Assembly: GCF_001194135.2 (NCBI RefSeq)
Contig: NC_068981.1
Location: 93,712,550 to 93,776,549 of the forward strand
Length of the DNA stretch: 64,000 nt
Reading direction: 5' to 3'
Origin: Octopus bimaculoides
Lineage: Eukaryota
Part shown: positions 12,164-25,528 of the stretch, one piece after another
Position numbering within the stretch: the first letter of the stretch is position 1
How the letters are laid out: each line of letters begins with the position of its first letter
Notes under the pieces: generated by a model
What the model was told of the DNA's origin: nothing
The model's input: the letters and a program-made list of their open reading frames with translations, nothing else
Database searches by the model: none
Made by a program: the position numbers and the translations under genes

Positions 12164-12300
12164 GGAAACAATTCAAACTTTGTACGAGTTCATACCTTGT
12201 ACAATTCAAGCTGTAATTATCGCCAAAGGCGGTCCTACCCCATAGTAACATAAATTTGTTTGAAATTTTAAGGTGTCTCCATTATTTTGTCTAACCCCTG
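12164..12300 (+). mobile_element. Tc1-like DNA transposon, 3' end fragment
   Basis: ETIQTLYEFIPCTIQAVIIAKGGPT resembles the Tc1 transposase C-terminus; TIR (reverse complement CAGGGGTTAGACAAAATAATGGAGACAC) followed by TA. Confidence 0.75.
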
Positions 12301-13446
12301 TATATAGATATATTTGATGATTTCGCTTAGGCATGACGAAAACTGTCAGAATTTTTTTCCCTTCAGTTATTTTGTAGTGTGTATATATCATTTTGTTTTT
12401 CTTACCTTTCGAATATTACAATGAACTTTGTTTTACTAAAACATCCCAAATTTCAAATACATTACTGTGAACGCTTTCACTTAAGTTATAGTTTATAAAC
12501 TTTTACTTTGTTAATATCAGCATTCACCTTCTGTTTGTTACACAAATGCGAATGCTGTTTGTCGGCTAATCTTCTTCGTTCGATCGTGCACATTTTAAAT
12601 TTCGGCAGTTTCTATATTCATTCTGATATATGCTTTACTTCGCTAGTTCGGTTGCTTCTCAGAGAGATTTTGATATCAAGAACAGATAATTTGCTTCATA
12701 TCAATTATAAAATAAAAAGAATAAAATATCAATGTTTCGTTTTTAATTTGGGTTTGATGGAAGAAGAACTTATACTATACTGGAGCAGGCATTGCTTTGC
12801 TGAGAAATTTACTTCCCAAACATACTGTTACTAGTTCAGACCTAGTGCGTAGCACCTTGGGTAAATATCTTCTGTTCTAAAGGTACTTCAACATTGCTGC
12901 AATCCAATGGCTGAAATGAGTAAAATTAAGAGGAATGACCACCAAGGTGGACTCCTAATATGCTAAAGATAGACGTCAAATCGCCTTACCCCGAAGAGTG
13001 TGTTCTCCAGAAAAATTTCAGCAAAACGCCAGAATGTAAAAATGAGCAAGACAAATGAAAATATACGAAATAAAAAAAAACGATTTTCTACATACCAATG
13101 GTTTCGCTTGTTAATATTTACGAATTTAAATATCTGCAAGTGCATCAGCGTAGTCTGCTGCTTACAAAGCACAATTTCCAGAACTAGACACAGAACGCTC
13201 ACCCGAAAGAGAGCATGTATAAAGTTCTGCAAATTATATTTGGGGGTATTTTACAAATGTCTTCATTTTGGCGCGCTGAGGCCGGAAATAACTCAGCAGT
13301 TTTCTGCATAAGTAAATTAGCTGCATTTCTGCAGCTAATTTACATCAATATAGAGGTGTTTGTATATATAAATATGTATGTGTGTGTGCACGCGCGTACT
13401 CAAATGTAAGATCATGAAAGATAAGTACCAAGCATTAGTAAAGTAA

Positions 13447-13697
13447 CGTAAAGGTCACCTTCTCGAGTTATGCCGACTCATAGGGGCCGGTTTCTTGGTT
13501 TCCATATTGTATATATTCCCACCTGGATGGGACGCCGGTCCGTCGCAGGATTACTCATTCTTGCCAGTTCAGTGGATTGGATCAATGTGAAATGAAATGT
13601 TTTGCTCAAGAACACAACGCGTCACCCAATCCACAAATCGGAACCACTATCTTACGATCATGAGCCCAACAACCTAACCACTAAGCCACGCACCTCT
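13447..13697 (-). mobile_element. SINE family C head with tail type 2
   Basis: Same head/core as 7420 (reverse complement of CTAACCACTAAGCCACGC...GCTCAAGAACACAAC) with a different tail, shared with 16205-16476. Confidence 0.75.
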
Positions 13698-13982
13698 AGA
13701 AGCTTTGGTGTTGCTAATTATGAAAATTCCCAAATTTACTACTACTGTGCAGTGCCAAAGCTCTCTTTTAACATTTAAGACTATTTATTGCTATAACCAA
13801 GGACCAAATCTTTTCAATATTCTTCCCAAAGCAATTTATTTACGTGTATCAAGATCCTAGATGCGCCTGCGGTATGGTAGGAGAGTGATCTAAATAGTAA
13901 GGCAAGGAAATCTTTATGATGGTTGTAGTATCAAATTCCTTCATTCGTTAAGAACAAGAGACAGAAAAAAGTCAGTAACAGC

Positions 13983-14320
13983 ATGATAATTGAGCCCCTG
14001 AATGACCACTACTTATTTGCTACAATTAGTAAATTAGTAAACGAAAAAAGAATAAAAACATCAATAATTTGTTTATTTATTACTTCTTATATTGCTCGTG
14101 TTTTTATTTTTTTTTATTTTCGAAACACGAGTTTCCTTCATTCGCTAAGGAAAGAAGCCAGAAGCAGCATGATGATTATGCCCCAGGATGGTCACATCTT
14201 ATTTGCTACAATTAGTAAATTAGTGAAAGAATAAAAAGAAAGTAAACATTAATAATTTGCTTACTTATTACTTCTCATATTCTTCCTGTATTTTTTCCTT
14301 CATGTTTCGAAACATGAGTT
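13983..14320 (+). repeat. Diverged tandem duplication, ~188-bp unit
   Basis: CTTATTTGCTACAATTAGTAAATTAGT and TTTCGAAACA(C/T)GAGTT each occur twice about 188 bp apart. Confidence 0.8.
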
Positions 14321-14509
14321 CCAATTACGTAGCTATGACTATCTTACTTCAATCCCTTTTCCATTTTTTTTAATTATCTTCCACTTTATGTAAACTGAAT
14401 GAGAACAAATATATTGATTTCTTCCGTTTCTCTTCGTTTTACGTAATTTGTGATTGCGTAGTTCTTCATTGTTTGCTTTCATGATAATCTTCCTTTCTAT
14501 TTGCTTTAG

Positions 14510-14531
14510 ATTAAACTCAGCTCCTTATAAG
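14510..14531 (+). CDS. Candidate 22-nt exon (LNSAPYK)
   Basis: Acceptor CTTCCTTTCTATTTGCTTTAG, donor AAG|GTAAAA; only one frame is open (phase 2 in, phase 0 out). Confidence 0.3.
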
Positions 14532-16204
14532 GTAAAATAATGACTAAATAATGATACGGAATCGATTCCCATAAAACCACCGGAAGACTGATTTCTTATT
14601 TGAATCAGCGTTGATAAAAGGAAAAAAATATCGTATCTCTAGAAATTTGTTTGCAAAGTATATTACCTATTTTTCACTCTTCTATCGATTGTTGCGTTTA
14701 AATTGCTTAACCACTATATTTTAATTAACTAAAACTTATTCAGTGCCTACAGACATGCTTTGTTTGTCCGATTACTTCTTATCTTATTACCTTGTATTGT
14801 ATAACCTTCAAATACTATATCTTATAGGCAAATATTTCAGCAATAATTGTTGATGAGATTAGAAAAATTCTCATCCACCTTTTATATTTGAGTTATTAGT
14901 TGACTTATCGGATAAAGTATTAATGGAGGTCTGAGAGATAATATTGCCAGCACCATTTTAAGTTGAAGAAACTAATATTTTCGAGTTTCACATACTGCAA
15001 ATTATTTCTCATTGTTCGACAATTATGCTTCGTTTAGGATGACTAGAAGATTTAGGTAGTTGGAATCTCAGAATTTAATGCTTGCTAAACTAAATTAATA
15101 CAAATTATTAATAATTCCTACATACTTAAATGTTTATAGATTTGTATTTGATTGTAATTCAAGATTAAAATTTTATTGTCCATTATAGATCTTACAGATG
15201 AGCAATATAATTATATTAAACTATTATGGTTATAATTCGTCTCATATTCTCTGTTTTATATTAGATTCTTAAGAATACACAGTTTTAAACAATTGAGTCC
15301 CTGTTTGTCATCACTTGCTATATTTCACATTTTTCTCTACATATGCTCCAGTTAAGCTTAAATTTACAAAACCTATTTCACGCGGGACTTCGATTTTCTT
15401 ATCTACTAGGCTTTAGATATGTAATAGAACAATTTTCCAATTTCAGTGATATATAAACTCATTTTTATTAGAAGCTGCCACATTGGACACTTGCTATGAA
15501 ATCTACTGATTGTCTACTTTGCAAAAATCTTATGTACTCTATACTTTTTTCCGTTATCTTTACGGTTCATTTACTATTGTCAAATCTTCATCATATTTGA
15601 ACATATGTTCTCTTTGTTCACTCCTTTTCTATTCTTTTCATGGCTTTAATGTTTCACCAAGGATTTGTACTTGTTGATGTTGTGTGATTGTAAACATTGT
15701 GGGTCCTCATTTTTTTCTCTTTAGTACTTATAACATACCATGCACAAGTTCATGGTATGTTATAGATGACTAGTTTGCTAATTCTCTCTCTTGGCTTAAT
15801 TTTCACGAGGTAACTTCAGAAGTTACTAACATTCCTCGGACGCTATTCATCAGAAACAGAATATATCATATTATAGATACATTTACGGTAAAGTAGAGTC
15901 ATATTGTATTCTGATCAAGGAATCACTAGATTCCTGGTTCGATCCTACAACGTGGCATCTTGAACAAACGTTCTTTATCAGAGCCTTAGGTCAACTCAGG
16001 GCCTTATAACTGCAACTGATTAGAGGAAAGCTTTGCAGAAGCCTCGTTGCAAAGAGTGTGCCTGTAATGTAAAGGTACGTTATTGTCACAGATTTAGAGT
16101 ACATATATCCGTGGAATACTCAACCAGATACTAATTCTCTGAGCCGACGGTTCAGTAGATCGCAAATCTTTAAACTTATCATCAAGAGTGTCAGAGCCAT
16201 TAAA

Positions 16205-16476
16205 AAGAGATAAAGGTGCATCATTAGTCATATAGACTTGTATAGACTCATATAGACTCATAAGATCGGTTTACCGGTTTCTATGGCGTAAATATATCCC
16301 CGTGGACGAGAAGCCAGTTCGTCGCGGGATTACTCATTTTTCCAGCTGAATGGACTGGAGCAACGTGAAATGAAGTGTTTTACTGAAGAACACAACGTAT
16401 TACCCTGTCAAGGACTCGAAACTACAATTTTGCCATCGTGAGTCCAACACCCTAACCACTAAGCTACGCGCCTCCA
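16205..16476 (-). mobile_element. SINE family C head with tail type 2
   Basis: Aligns along its length with 13447-13697. Confidence 0.75.
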
Positions 16477-17419
16477 GTGCAGAGCCGTTAACTGTTCAGA
16501 TATTTGTAATGCGCTTGTTGCTACATATACACAAAAATATTATATTCAAATGAAGAACCATTCAACCGATTAGCAAAGATTCACTTACTTACAGTCCTAT
16601 CTAATTTAGCCACAAAGCCAGCGATTTGGTGTTAATCGATTCCATGTAACCCAGTAAATGATTGGTTACTTTATTTCTTTACTGACGGAAGGATGAAAGA
16701 CAACGATAATCTCTGCGGGATTTGTACTAAGGACGCAAAGAGCCAGGACACACACAGCCTTTTGACCAATGCCCTGACGATTCTGCCAGCTCATCGCTTC
16801 AGAAGAGAAGACTCATAATAACAGTAAAAAATATTAGTTCAAATGCATTGTTTCAATGTGTAGCTAACCGCCCGCTATATTCTTTGCTTTTATGCATTGA
16901 CATAAAACATAAGTTTTCTGTGGTGGGAAGCGCTGTTGATTAATTCAATTTTCGTGTTTCAATGGTATCTACATATCGCAATCGCATAGTTTCGGTTCCG
17001 ACCTCACGACGTGACATTGTGAGCAATACCACGTGAGTAAAATTAAGTGCGCAGAATCAGTGTCTGTATATGCATACATAAACACCCACACACCCACATA
17101 CATACATACATACATACATTTATTTACATATATGTATATATATANNNNNNNNNNNNNNNNNNNNNNNNNNNNNNNNNNNNNNNNNNNNNNNNNNNNNNNN
17201 NNNNNNNNNNNNNNNNNNNNNNNNNNNNNNNNNNNNNNNNNNNNNNNNNNNNNNNNNNNNNNNNNNNNNNNNNNNNNNNNNNNNNNNNNNNNNNNNNNNN
17301 NNNNNNNNNNNNNNNNNNNNNNNNNNNNNNNNNNNNNNNNNNNNNNNNNNNNNNNNNNNNNNNNNNNNNNNNNNNNNNNNNNNNNNTTTTTTTTTTTTTT
17401 TTTTTTTTATGAAATAAAA

Positions 17420-17985
17420 CATTTACACAGTCGGCTGGTTTCGTTTATGCTTATCATGACTAAGTAGTTAGCATGAAATTGTAACATTATCACTACCATG
17501 ATAAGTCTTCATCCCATGTTAGTAGGAAAGACAATATTTTGTAAATGAATCGGGGAGCAGATAAATGTTGGGGAGACGATAGTGATCGTTAGTATTCGAA
17601 GAACGGGAGGTAATTATGCACCTTTTGAAGATGTATTCACTATATTTAGATTAAAAAGTTATATATTAATGAACAGAAATATTTACATAGTCCAAAATTG
17701 GTTATATGTTCATACTGAGGCGCAGTTTGTTATTTGTCAATAAATGTAGTCTCTTTATTTAACCATCATTGTACAGAACTTGTTTAATCGCATTTGTATA
17801 TAGGCAAAATTTGAAGTTTGGTTGGAAATTCTCTTCACGTCTTTATGTGTTCACTTAATGGTATTTGCCTATACCTTGGACAACGGATTTGTCTCTTATG
17901 CAGTGTTATTTTCGTTTGAGAATATAACACTGATTTGTGAGATCCATGTAGTTTGCATCCACATACAGAACAAATGTTGACTCAT
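17420..17985 (-). mobile_element. Inverted copy of the PLE 3' end (GIY-YIG C-terminus + pseudo-LTR)
   Basis: 17680-17728 matches the reverse complement of 21481-21529 at 46/49. Minus strand reads ICSVCG...TLHKRQIRCPRYRQIPLSEHIKT, paralleling 21236-21406. Confidence 0.85.
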
Positions 17986-17999
17986 TTAAGATGTCGAAT

Positions 18000-20900
18000 G
18001 CATAGGTAAACTCAGTTTAATTTTGAATCTTTGTCTTTGTTTAAAGTGGAATCACTACGTAGAATTTTGCATCGAGCTTTTGCACTACTATATACAACAC
18101 GAGGGACTGAAAATGCCACCGACATCACAACATTGGATAAAATTACTAACGAAGGTATTCTGAAGGAATTAAAAGTAATTAGCCCAAATCAAATCACACT
18201 AATTAATAAAATCGATTAATTAAATCGCTGTACCCGAGAAGCAAAGGAAAGTCAAAAAGAAGACACTCTACGGAACAGGTTAGTCAAAATTTCAATCGAT
18301 TATGCACAACCTTATATTCGATTTATAAGAAATTTGAGATAAAACGTAATACAAGGAAAATAACCCAACATCAGCATACATAATTAAAAGCAGCAATAAC
18401 CATATATGGAACAAAAAAATTAAACGATAGAAAATTCGAATATTGGAACATGCTTAAAAATAACAGGCAGAAATATATGGACGATGGATGAACTCAACAT
18501 GCAACAACAGATAAAACCAATTCCAGAATAACCTGAACAACAAAGACAACTAAGGGAGAAATTAGCGTTGGAGAGAATGAAAATAGAAATTGAATTACTT
18601 AAACTAAGAGCATCGAGCAACGAACAAAAATATAAAATTATTGATGAAGGAATGCAAACATGCTGACAGACACCTTTTGGAAAGTGTTCTCAGACTATAG
18701 AAAGAAACATGTGAATCTGAAGGAATAAGTTCTCTTCAAAGTTGAGATAAAAAATCTTTTCCATGATTATGAAATCCAGTTCAAAACAATATTATAGATA
18801 ACCCTATTTTGGAAGAAAATTAGAATGAAAACCTATACAGAAATGAATAAACAACCAATTAGATCAAACTATAGACATTTAAAAAAACCCAACTACACAA
18901 AACTCACCTCACACTTGGAAGTAAATCGTTCTCAAACCGGAAATAGTGACAATTCAGAAGTTAGAAAAACTAGAAGGAATCACTGTAGACTTAGGAATAT
19001 CAATTTTCTTCCTGCAATGAGAAACATGTAACAAAGGAACTGGAAATGCCTAAATACACCTAATATGATGAAACAGCGAAACCTATCTTCCATCAATTCA
19101 AATATAATTAGTAACGTAATTACTACAAACGTTTTTTAGATCTAGTCCAGAGGATCAGGAACAAACGTCGAGACAAAATATACAGAAAAAGTAACATATT
19201 TATCAAATAAAACTTTTTCATTAACAAAAATCAACAAACTAACAAAAGGATTAAAATTTACCCCCAAACTCATGCAGATCGAATCAGAATGAAATCAAAA
19301 TCAATATTACGAAATCTTAGAGAAAAATGCGATTTACAGAAGTACTACTTAATTATAGTAACGATGATGATTCACCTGTTAAAAACAAAAGCAATTTCTT
19401 CCACATAAAGTTGAGAATAAAAGACTCGATGACTTTTGTGACCACATTCTGAATTTCCCTTGTAATACCTTACACAAAGAACTAACTCAGACCTTCACTA
19501 CTAATGAATGGAAGAACTTAATTGAATTGCAAAATATTAAATAATTGACAATTAAAGAAGCCAATAAAGGAAGGGCTTTAGTGTTATTGGATACAAAATA
19601 TGACAGAGAGCTAGTACTATCCGAGCAAGAAAATGATTCCTATTATAAAAAGGTTGAAAACTATAAACAACAGAAAATAATAAGTCTTTCATCATTACTC
19701 CAACTATACAGAAATGGTCTAACAGACAAAGAAATTGACTATACAACAAATTTTTAATGTAAACAGTCTTTTCTACGGCTTACCAAAAGTTCCTAAGAGT
19801 AAGATAATTGATGAAGACAACAAAGAATCACCAGACATAAACATTAATGTCCAATCAACAGGAGATTTAAAACTAAGATCCATCGTTGCGAACCCATCAA
19901 GTGAAACCCGCCGTTTAAGCAATTTTCTTGATATCCTACTGAAAGCCCTTATGCAATATATCAAAAGCTTCATGAGAGACGATCTAGATATGGTAAACCA
20001 CCCACCAAAAACAAAAAGGAAAGAGACAGAGATGGCGTCCTTCGATATTGTGAACTAGTGTACTCATATCTCACTCGACTGTGAAATAAAAGCAATCAAA
20101 TTCTGGCTGGAAAACTATCTAGAACTACCAGGGAACATTAACAAGGGAATTATAATTGAAACATTAAAGTTTATTCTCCAGAACAATTATTTTTGTTAGA
20201 TACCTATTACTAGCGTCAAAATGTGTAATTTTGATGGGAACAAAAGCAGCCCCAGTTCTTGCAAAGCTAGTAATGGGGTATTTAGAACTGATTATATATC
20301 AAGTATCACTGCAAAAAATTGGAAAAGATATCCTTTGGAAGGGAAGTATTGATAAAATATTCAAATTTGAAACACTAATCAGTGACATTAACATTCAATT
20401 AACGAGGGTTTAAGTCGATCCGATCAACGGAGCAGCATGCTAGCGAAATTAACGTGCAAGTGAATGAGCACTCCATAGGTACGCACACCATTTGAATACA
20501 GTTACTACACATTTTTGCCAGCTGAGTGGACTGAAGTAACATGAAATAAATTTTTTTCCTCGAGGACACAACGCGCCGCTGGGAATCGAACTGACAACCT
20601 TAAGATCATAAGCCAAATACCCTTAACCACTAAGCCAGTGCCTTCACTAAATTTACAATGGAATACATCAAAAGAAACTTCTATCTCTTGATAGTTTAAT
20701 TTTAAAATGTCAATGACCGAATTGAAACCGACAACTATCATAAATCCAAACACATGCCGCCCCAAACACATTAAAATTAATATCTCCTTCAATTCAGAGA
20801 AAAGGATTTACACAATAATGTTTATTGCTAATACCTAGGACCTACGACTTCATGAACTTAAGACCATACTAGTCGAGAGACATTATCCACCTTCACTAAT

Positions 20901-21710
20901 AGATGATGTGACAAAACATGCGAAGAGAGATTATGCCCAAACAATAAAGGAAATAAAACGAAATAGCGCACCTGATTTAAAAATACTACCTTATATTTCT
21001 ACCCACAACCCTACAAACAATGAGACTATTATTCAAAATTTATCTATGTTCACTAGAAATCCTAAGATGAATCAAATTCTATGCACTCACAAATTCATAA
21101 AAAGTAAGAAAAATCAACTAAAATCACTAAAGAGGATACTGACAGGTGCGAAATTGTACCCAACAACAAGGGAACCAAGAGTTTAAAATGCGAGCGACTT
21201 AACTTCACTTTAAACAAGGAAAAGAATTCAAAATTAATTTGCTCAGGGTATGGACGCAACTATATAGATCAAACAAGAACGTCACTCAAACGGAAATTAA
21301 CACAGCTTAAGGAACAAATCTGTTTCCCAATATATAGACAAATACTATTAAGCGAATACATAGAGAGATGTGCAGGAAATCTCCAACCGAACTTCAAAAT
21401 TTACCCCTATATAGCAATTTAATGCAACGACTTTTGCACGACAACAATTAAATAACGAGATTACATTAATTGATAAATGCAAACTGCGCCTCAGAATGAA
21501 CATATAACCAATGTTGGACTATGCAAATAGTCTAGTTTATAAATATATATCGTTTTAAACTAGATATAATCAATTCCTCTTTAAAAAGGTGGGTAATTAC
21601 CTCCGCTGCTTCTAATAATAGCAATAACTGATTACCTTATCTAAAATTTATCTGCTTCCTAATTCACTTACAAATGAAATTGTAACATTATCACTAACTA
21701 CTATGAAGAC
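18000..21710 (+). mobile_element. Decayed Penelope-like retroelement (RT + C-terminal GIY-YIG endonuclease)
   Basis: Frameshifted fragments: YLSNKTFSLTKINKLTKGLKFTP (~19197), IKEANKGRALVLLD (19551), FYGLPKVPKS, LKLRSIVA, MASFDIVN, MGTKAAPVLAKLVMGYLE (20234), ICSGYGRNYIDQTRTSLKRKLTQLKEQICFPIYRQILLSEYIERC (21236). Confidence 0.9.
20410..20645 (-). mobile_element. SINE family C (tail type 1) nested inside the PLE RT
   Basis: Matches 38935-39246 with an internal deletion; interrupts the RT between NIQLT and KFTME. Confidence 0.8.
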
Positions 21711-24217
21711 ACGTGGCTAAGTGGTTAGGATTTTTGCATTTTTAATATTTTTCACTACATTTCACGACATGGAATTTTTCAGCGAATATATATATATATA
21801 TATATATATATANNNNNNNNNNNNNNNNNNNNNNNNNNNNNNNNNNNNNNNNNNNNNNNNNNNNNNNNNNNNNNNNNNNNNNNNNNNNNNNNNNNNNNNN
21901 NNNNNNNNNNNNNNNNNNNNNNNNNNNNNNNNNNNNNNNNNNNNNNNNNNNNNNNNNNNNNNNNNNNNNNNNNNNNNNNNNNNNNNNNNNNNNNNNNNNN
22001 NNNNNNNNNNNNNNNNNNNNNNNNNNNNNNNNNNNNNNNNNNNNNNNNNNNNNNNNNNNNNNNNNNNNNNNNNNNNNNNNNNNNNNNNNNNNNNNNNNNN
22101 NNNNNNNNNNNNNNNNNNNNNNNNNNNNNNNNNNNNNNNNNNNNNNNNNNNNNNNNNNNNNNNNNNNNNNNNNNNNNNNNNNNNNNNNNNNNNNNNNNNN
22201 NNNNNNNNNNNNNNNNNNNNNNNNNNNNNNNNNNNNNNNNNNNNNNNNNNNNNNNNNNNNNNNNNNNNNNNNNNNNNNNNNNNNNNNNNNNNNNNNNNNN
22301 NNNNNNNNNNNNNNNNNNNNNNNNNNNNNNNNNNNNNNNNNNNNNNNNNNNNNNNNNNNNNNNNNNNNNNNNNNNNNNNNNNNNNNNNNNNNNNNNNNNN
22401 NNNNNNNNNNNNNNNNNNNNNNNNNNNNNNNNNNNNNNNNNNNNNNNNNNNNNNNNNNNNNNNNNNNNNNNNTATATATATATATATATATATATGTTGA
22501 ATGGAAGCGACTAGTAAATAATTTTAGATAAATGTAATCAGATGTGGATTTCGTCTTGAACAATTTCAAGTATGTGCTGAGAATGTGTACTTTTAAAATT
22601 TTAATTTATAGTCTATGAAGAACATCAAAACTTCGTTCGACATGGCATTGTTAAATATTGATGGAAGTCTGTACAGCTCATACATAATCGACTAAAATGA
22701 CTACTCGAAACTAGACGCTATGTGTAAACTGATTACAGATTGGCAACTTTTCATAAATTTTGCTATCTAATTCTTGAGATTTGATTAGTGATTTATGTTT
22801 TACGTCTACGGTTTTGTTGGAATCTTGTTTGATTTTTTTCTTCTTTTTCTGACGTCAATAGAACTTTCTATATGAATGTATATGCAGGTGTCTGTATGTA
22901 CGTATTTATTTGCTTATTTCAAACACATTCAGGTTGACAGCCTCGTTATGAAGTAACTAGAAATATCAAGTGTAATATAAATGAGAGGCGTGTAAAAACT
23001 GCAGAAAGGGAGAAAGAAAGCTGCAGAAAGAGAGAGAGCAGACACTTAAATAAATAAATGTATAAGCATAATTACTTGCGTGTGTACATGCAATATTACA
23101 TGTGTGCATATGCGTATTTGATGGAGTTTCAGTGACTTTCTAAAATGTTGCAGTTGTCCTTTTATGTATGTGTACATAAGAAAATACTGTTATCATTACT
23201 TGTGCATATAGAATTATATGCATATAAATTTATGCATGCATATATGAATGTATGCATGTATAAGAATATGAGTGCCTGTGTGTGTATGCATGTATGTTTG
23301 TATGTGTGTACGTATGTTCTATGTATGTACGTATGTACGTATATGAATGCATATAGACGTATCCGTGCCTTCTTCATGTAAAAATTCCAATATATGTTCG
23401 AATATTTTATTACTTAGAATAAACCATTTTTGTTGGGTTCATTCAGTATAAAACGCTGACAGGCATCCACATGGTATACGTTTTCTTATGTAGGAACAAC
23501 ATATTTGAACATTCCCTTTCAACAATGTTACTTATAATTCCTTTCTACTACTATTTGTTTCATGCACTCGCAGTCAAAGGATGCAATGACTTGACTGAAC
23601 ACTTTATGCTAACGACATCAACATGCAAAAAACTTCATTGTATTCCTAGAAATTTACAAGAAGTTTTGAAGAAAATTTATTTCATCAAAATTCGATTTCC
23701 GATTTTAAGCTTTGCCTTTTTTTTTTTCATTACTTAATGAGTAATTTTTATATTTTATTTTAATTTCGTTTGTATAGATTCTATACTTTATAAGATAATT
23801 TTCTCGTTTTCCGGTTGGTGTGTTTATTTATAAAGGGTTTTATCGATAACATCATTAAATCGAATAATTTTTTCTAGTTTCATAGTAGTGGTTTAACAAT
23901 TTAAGATTTTCGTTTTATATGCTATTTTCTGCATAAGAATATTAATTGCAATTAGCTGCACGGCTCAATGCTCTGTGTGCAGGAGAGTGAATTTGTGACG
24001 AAACACTTTCATGATCCACTCGTTTTGCAATCATTACACTCTTCATTATAGCTGTTTTATTTAACTAAACATGCTTCATAAAAAGTTATATCTTGCTTCA
24101 AATAATATATATATACATTAATATATATATACATATATATATATACATTTGCAAACACACACGTACACACACAACATACAACAGATATATGTTCATACGT
24201 ACACATGTGTGTGTGTG

Positions 24218-24269
<52 letters not shown>

Positions 24270-24279
24270 GAATATAGAG

Positions 24280-24470
24280 AGGGGGTGCAGAGAGAGGGGG
24301 TGTAGAGAGAGGGAGAGAGGGAGAGAGGGTTAGAGAGAGAGCGGGGATGTAGAGAGAGAGCGGGGGTGTAGAGAGAGAGAGCAGGGGTGTAGAGAGAGAG
24401 CGGGGGTGTAGAGAGAGAGCGGAGGTGTAGAGAGAGAGCGGGGTGTAGAGAGAGAGGGGAAAGGAGGGTA
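24280..24470 (+). repeat. GA-rich minisatellite, ~20-bp unit GTGTAGAGAGAGAGCGGG(G)
   Basis: About 7 degenerate tandem units read directly. Confidence 0.85.
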
Positions 24471-24942
24471 ACAAAGATTTAACCAATTTGTAACGGTTCT
24501 AAAAATAAAGAACAATTTTTAGAGTTGGGGATTAGGGTCACAAATATATCTAATTTTCATGCTTATGTAGAAAATCTGGCCTTTGGTAGCAGGTTAGGTA
24601 GCAATACCAGTGTGTTTCGGTATGATTAAACATCATCAAAGGATACTCTTCTGATGCCTCCTTGTTCAGTAAATAAAAAAAAGAGTTTCGGAATGTGTTG
24701 GTCAGTAATAATAATATTATTATTCAGTAATAATAATATTATTCTAAAACGTGTTTTAATGAAAATTTAGATAATCGGGTAGGGGATGAGGAACTAAATG
24801 GCGTACGTAAACATTCTTAGTGAACCGAAAGAAATTTGACTCTAATTTTGAAAGAGAGGAAACAAAACCTAAATAGTAATTGTTAGTGTCTTTCGAAGAG
24901 GGTATGTTTCTAGGACCAGTGGGATATATAACTATTTATGTA

Positions 24943-25038
24943 CGTGTGTGTGTGTGTGTGTCTGTGTGTGTCTGTGTGTCTGTGTCTGTGTGTGTCTGTC
25001 TGTGTGTGTGTCTGTGTGTGACTGTGTGTGTCTGTGTC

Positions 25039-25069
<31 letters not shown>

Positions 25070-25466
25070 CTGTGTGTCTGTGTGTGTCTGTTTGTGTGTG
25101 TGTTTGTGTGTGACTGTGTGTGTGTGTGTGTGTGTCTGTGTCTGTGTGTGTCTGTCTGTGTGTGTGTCTGTGTGTGACTGTGTGTGTCTGTGTCTGTGTT
25201 TGTGTGNNNNNNNNNNNNNNNNNNNNNNNNNNNNNNNNNNNNNNNNNNNNNNNNNNNNNNNNNNNNNNNNNNNNNNNNNNNNNNNNNNNNNNNNNNNNNN
25301 NNNNNNNNNNNNNNNNNNNNNNNNNNNNNNNNNNNNNNNNNNNNNNNNNNNNNNNNNNNNNNNNNNNNNNNNNNNNNNNNNNNNNNNNNNNNNNNNNNNN
25401 NNNNNNNNNNNNNNNNNNNNNNNNNNNNNNNNNNNNNNNNNNNNNNNNNNNNNNNNNNNNNNNNNN

Positions 25467-25528
<62 letters not shown>

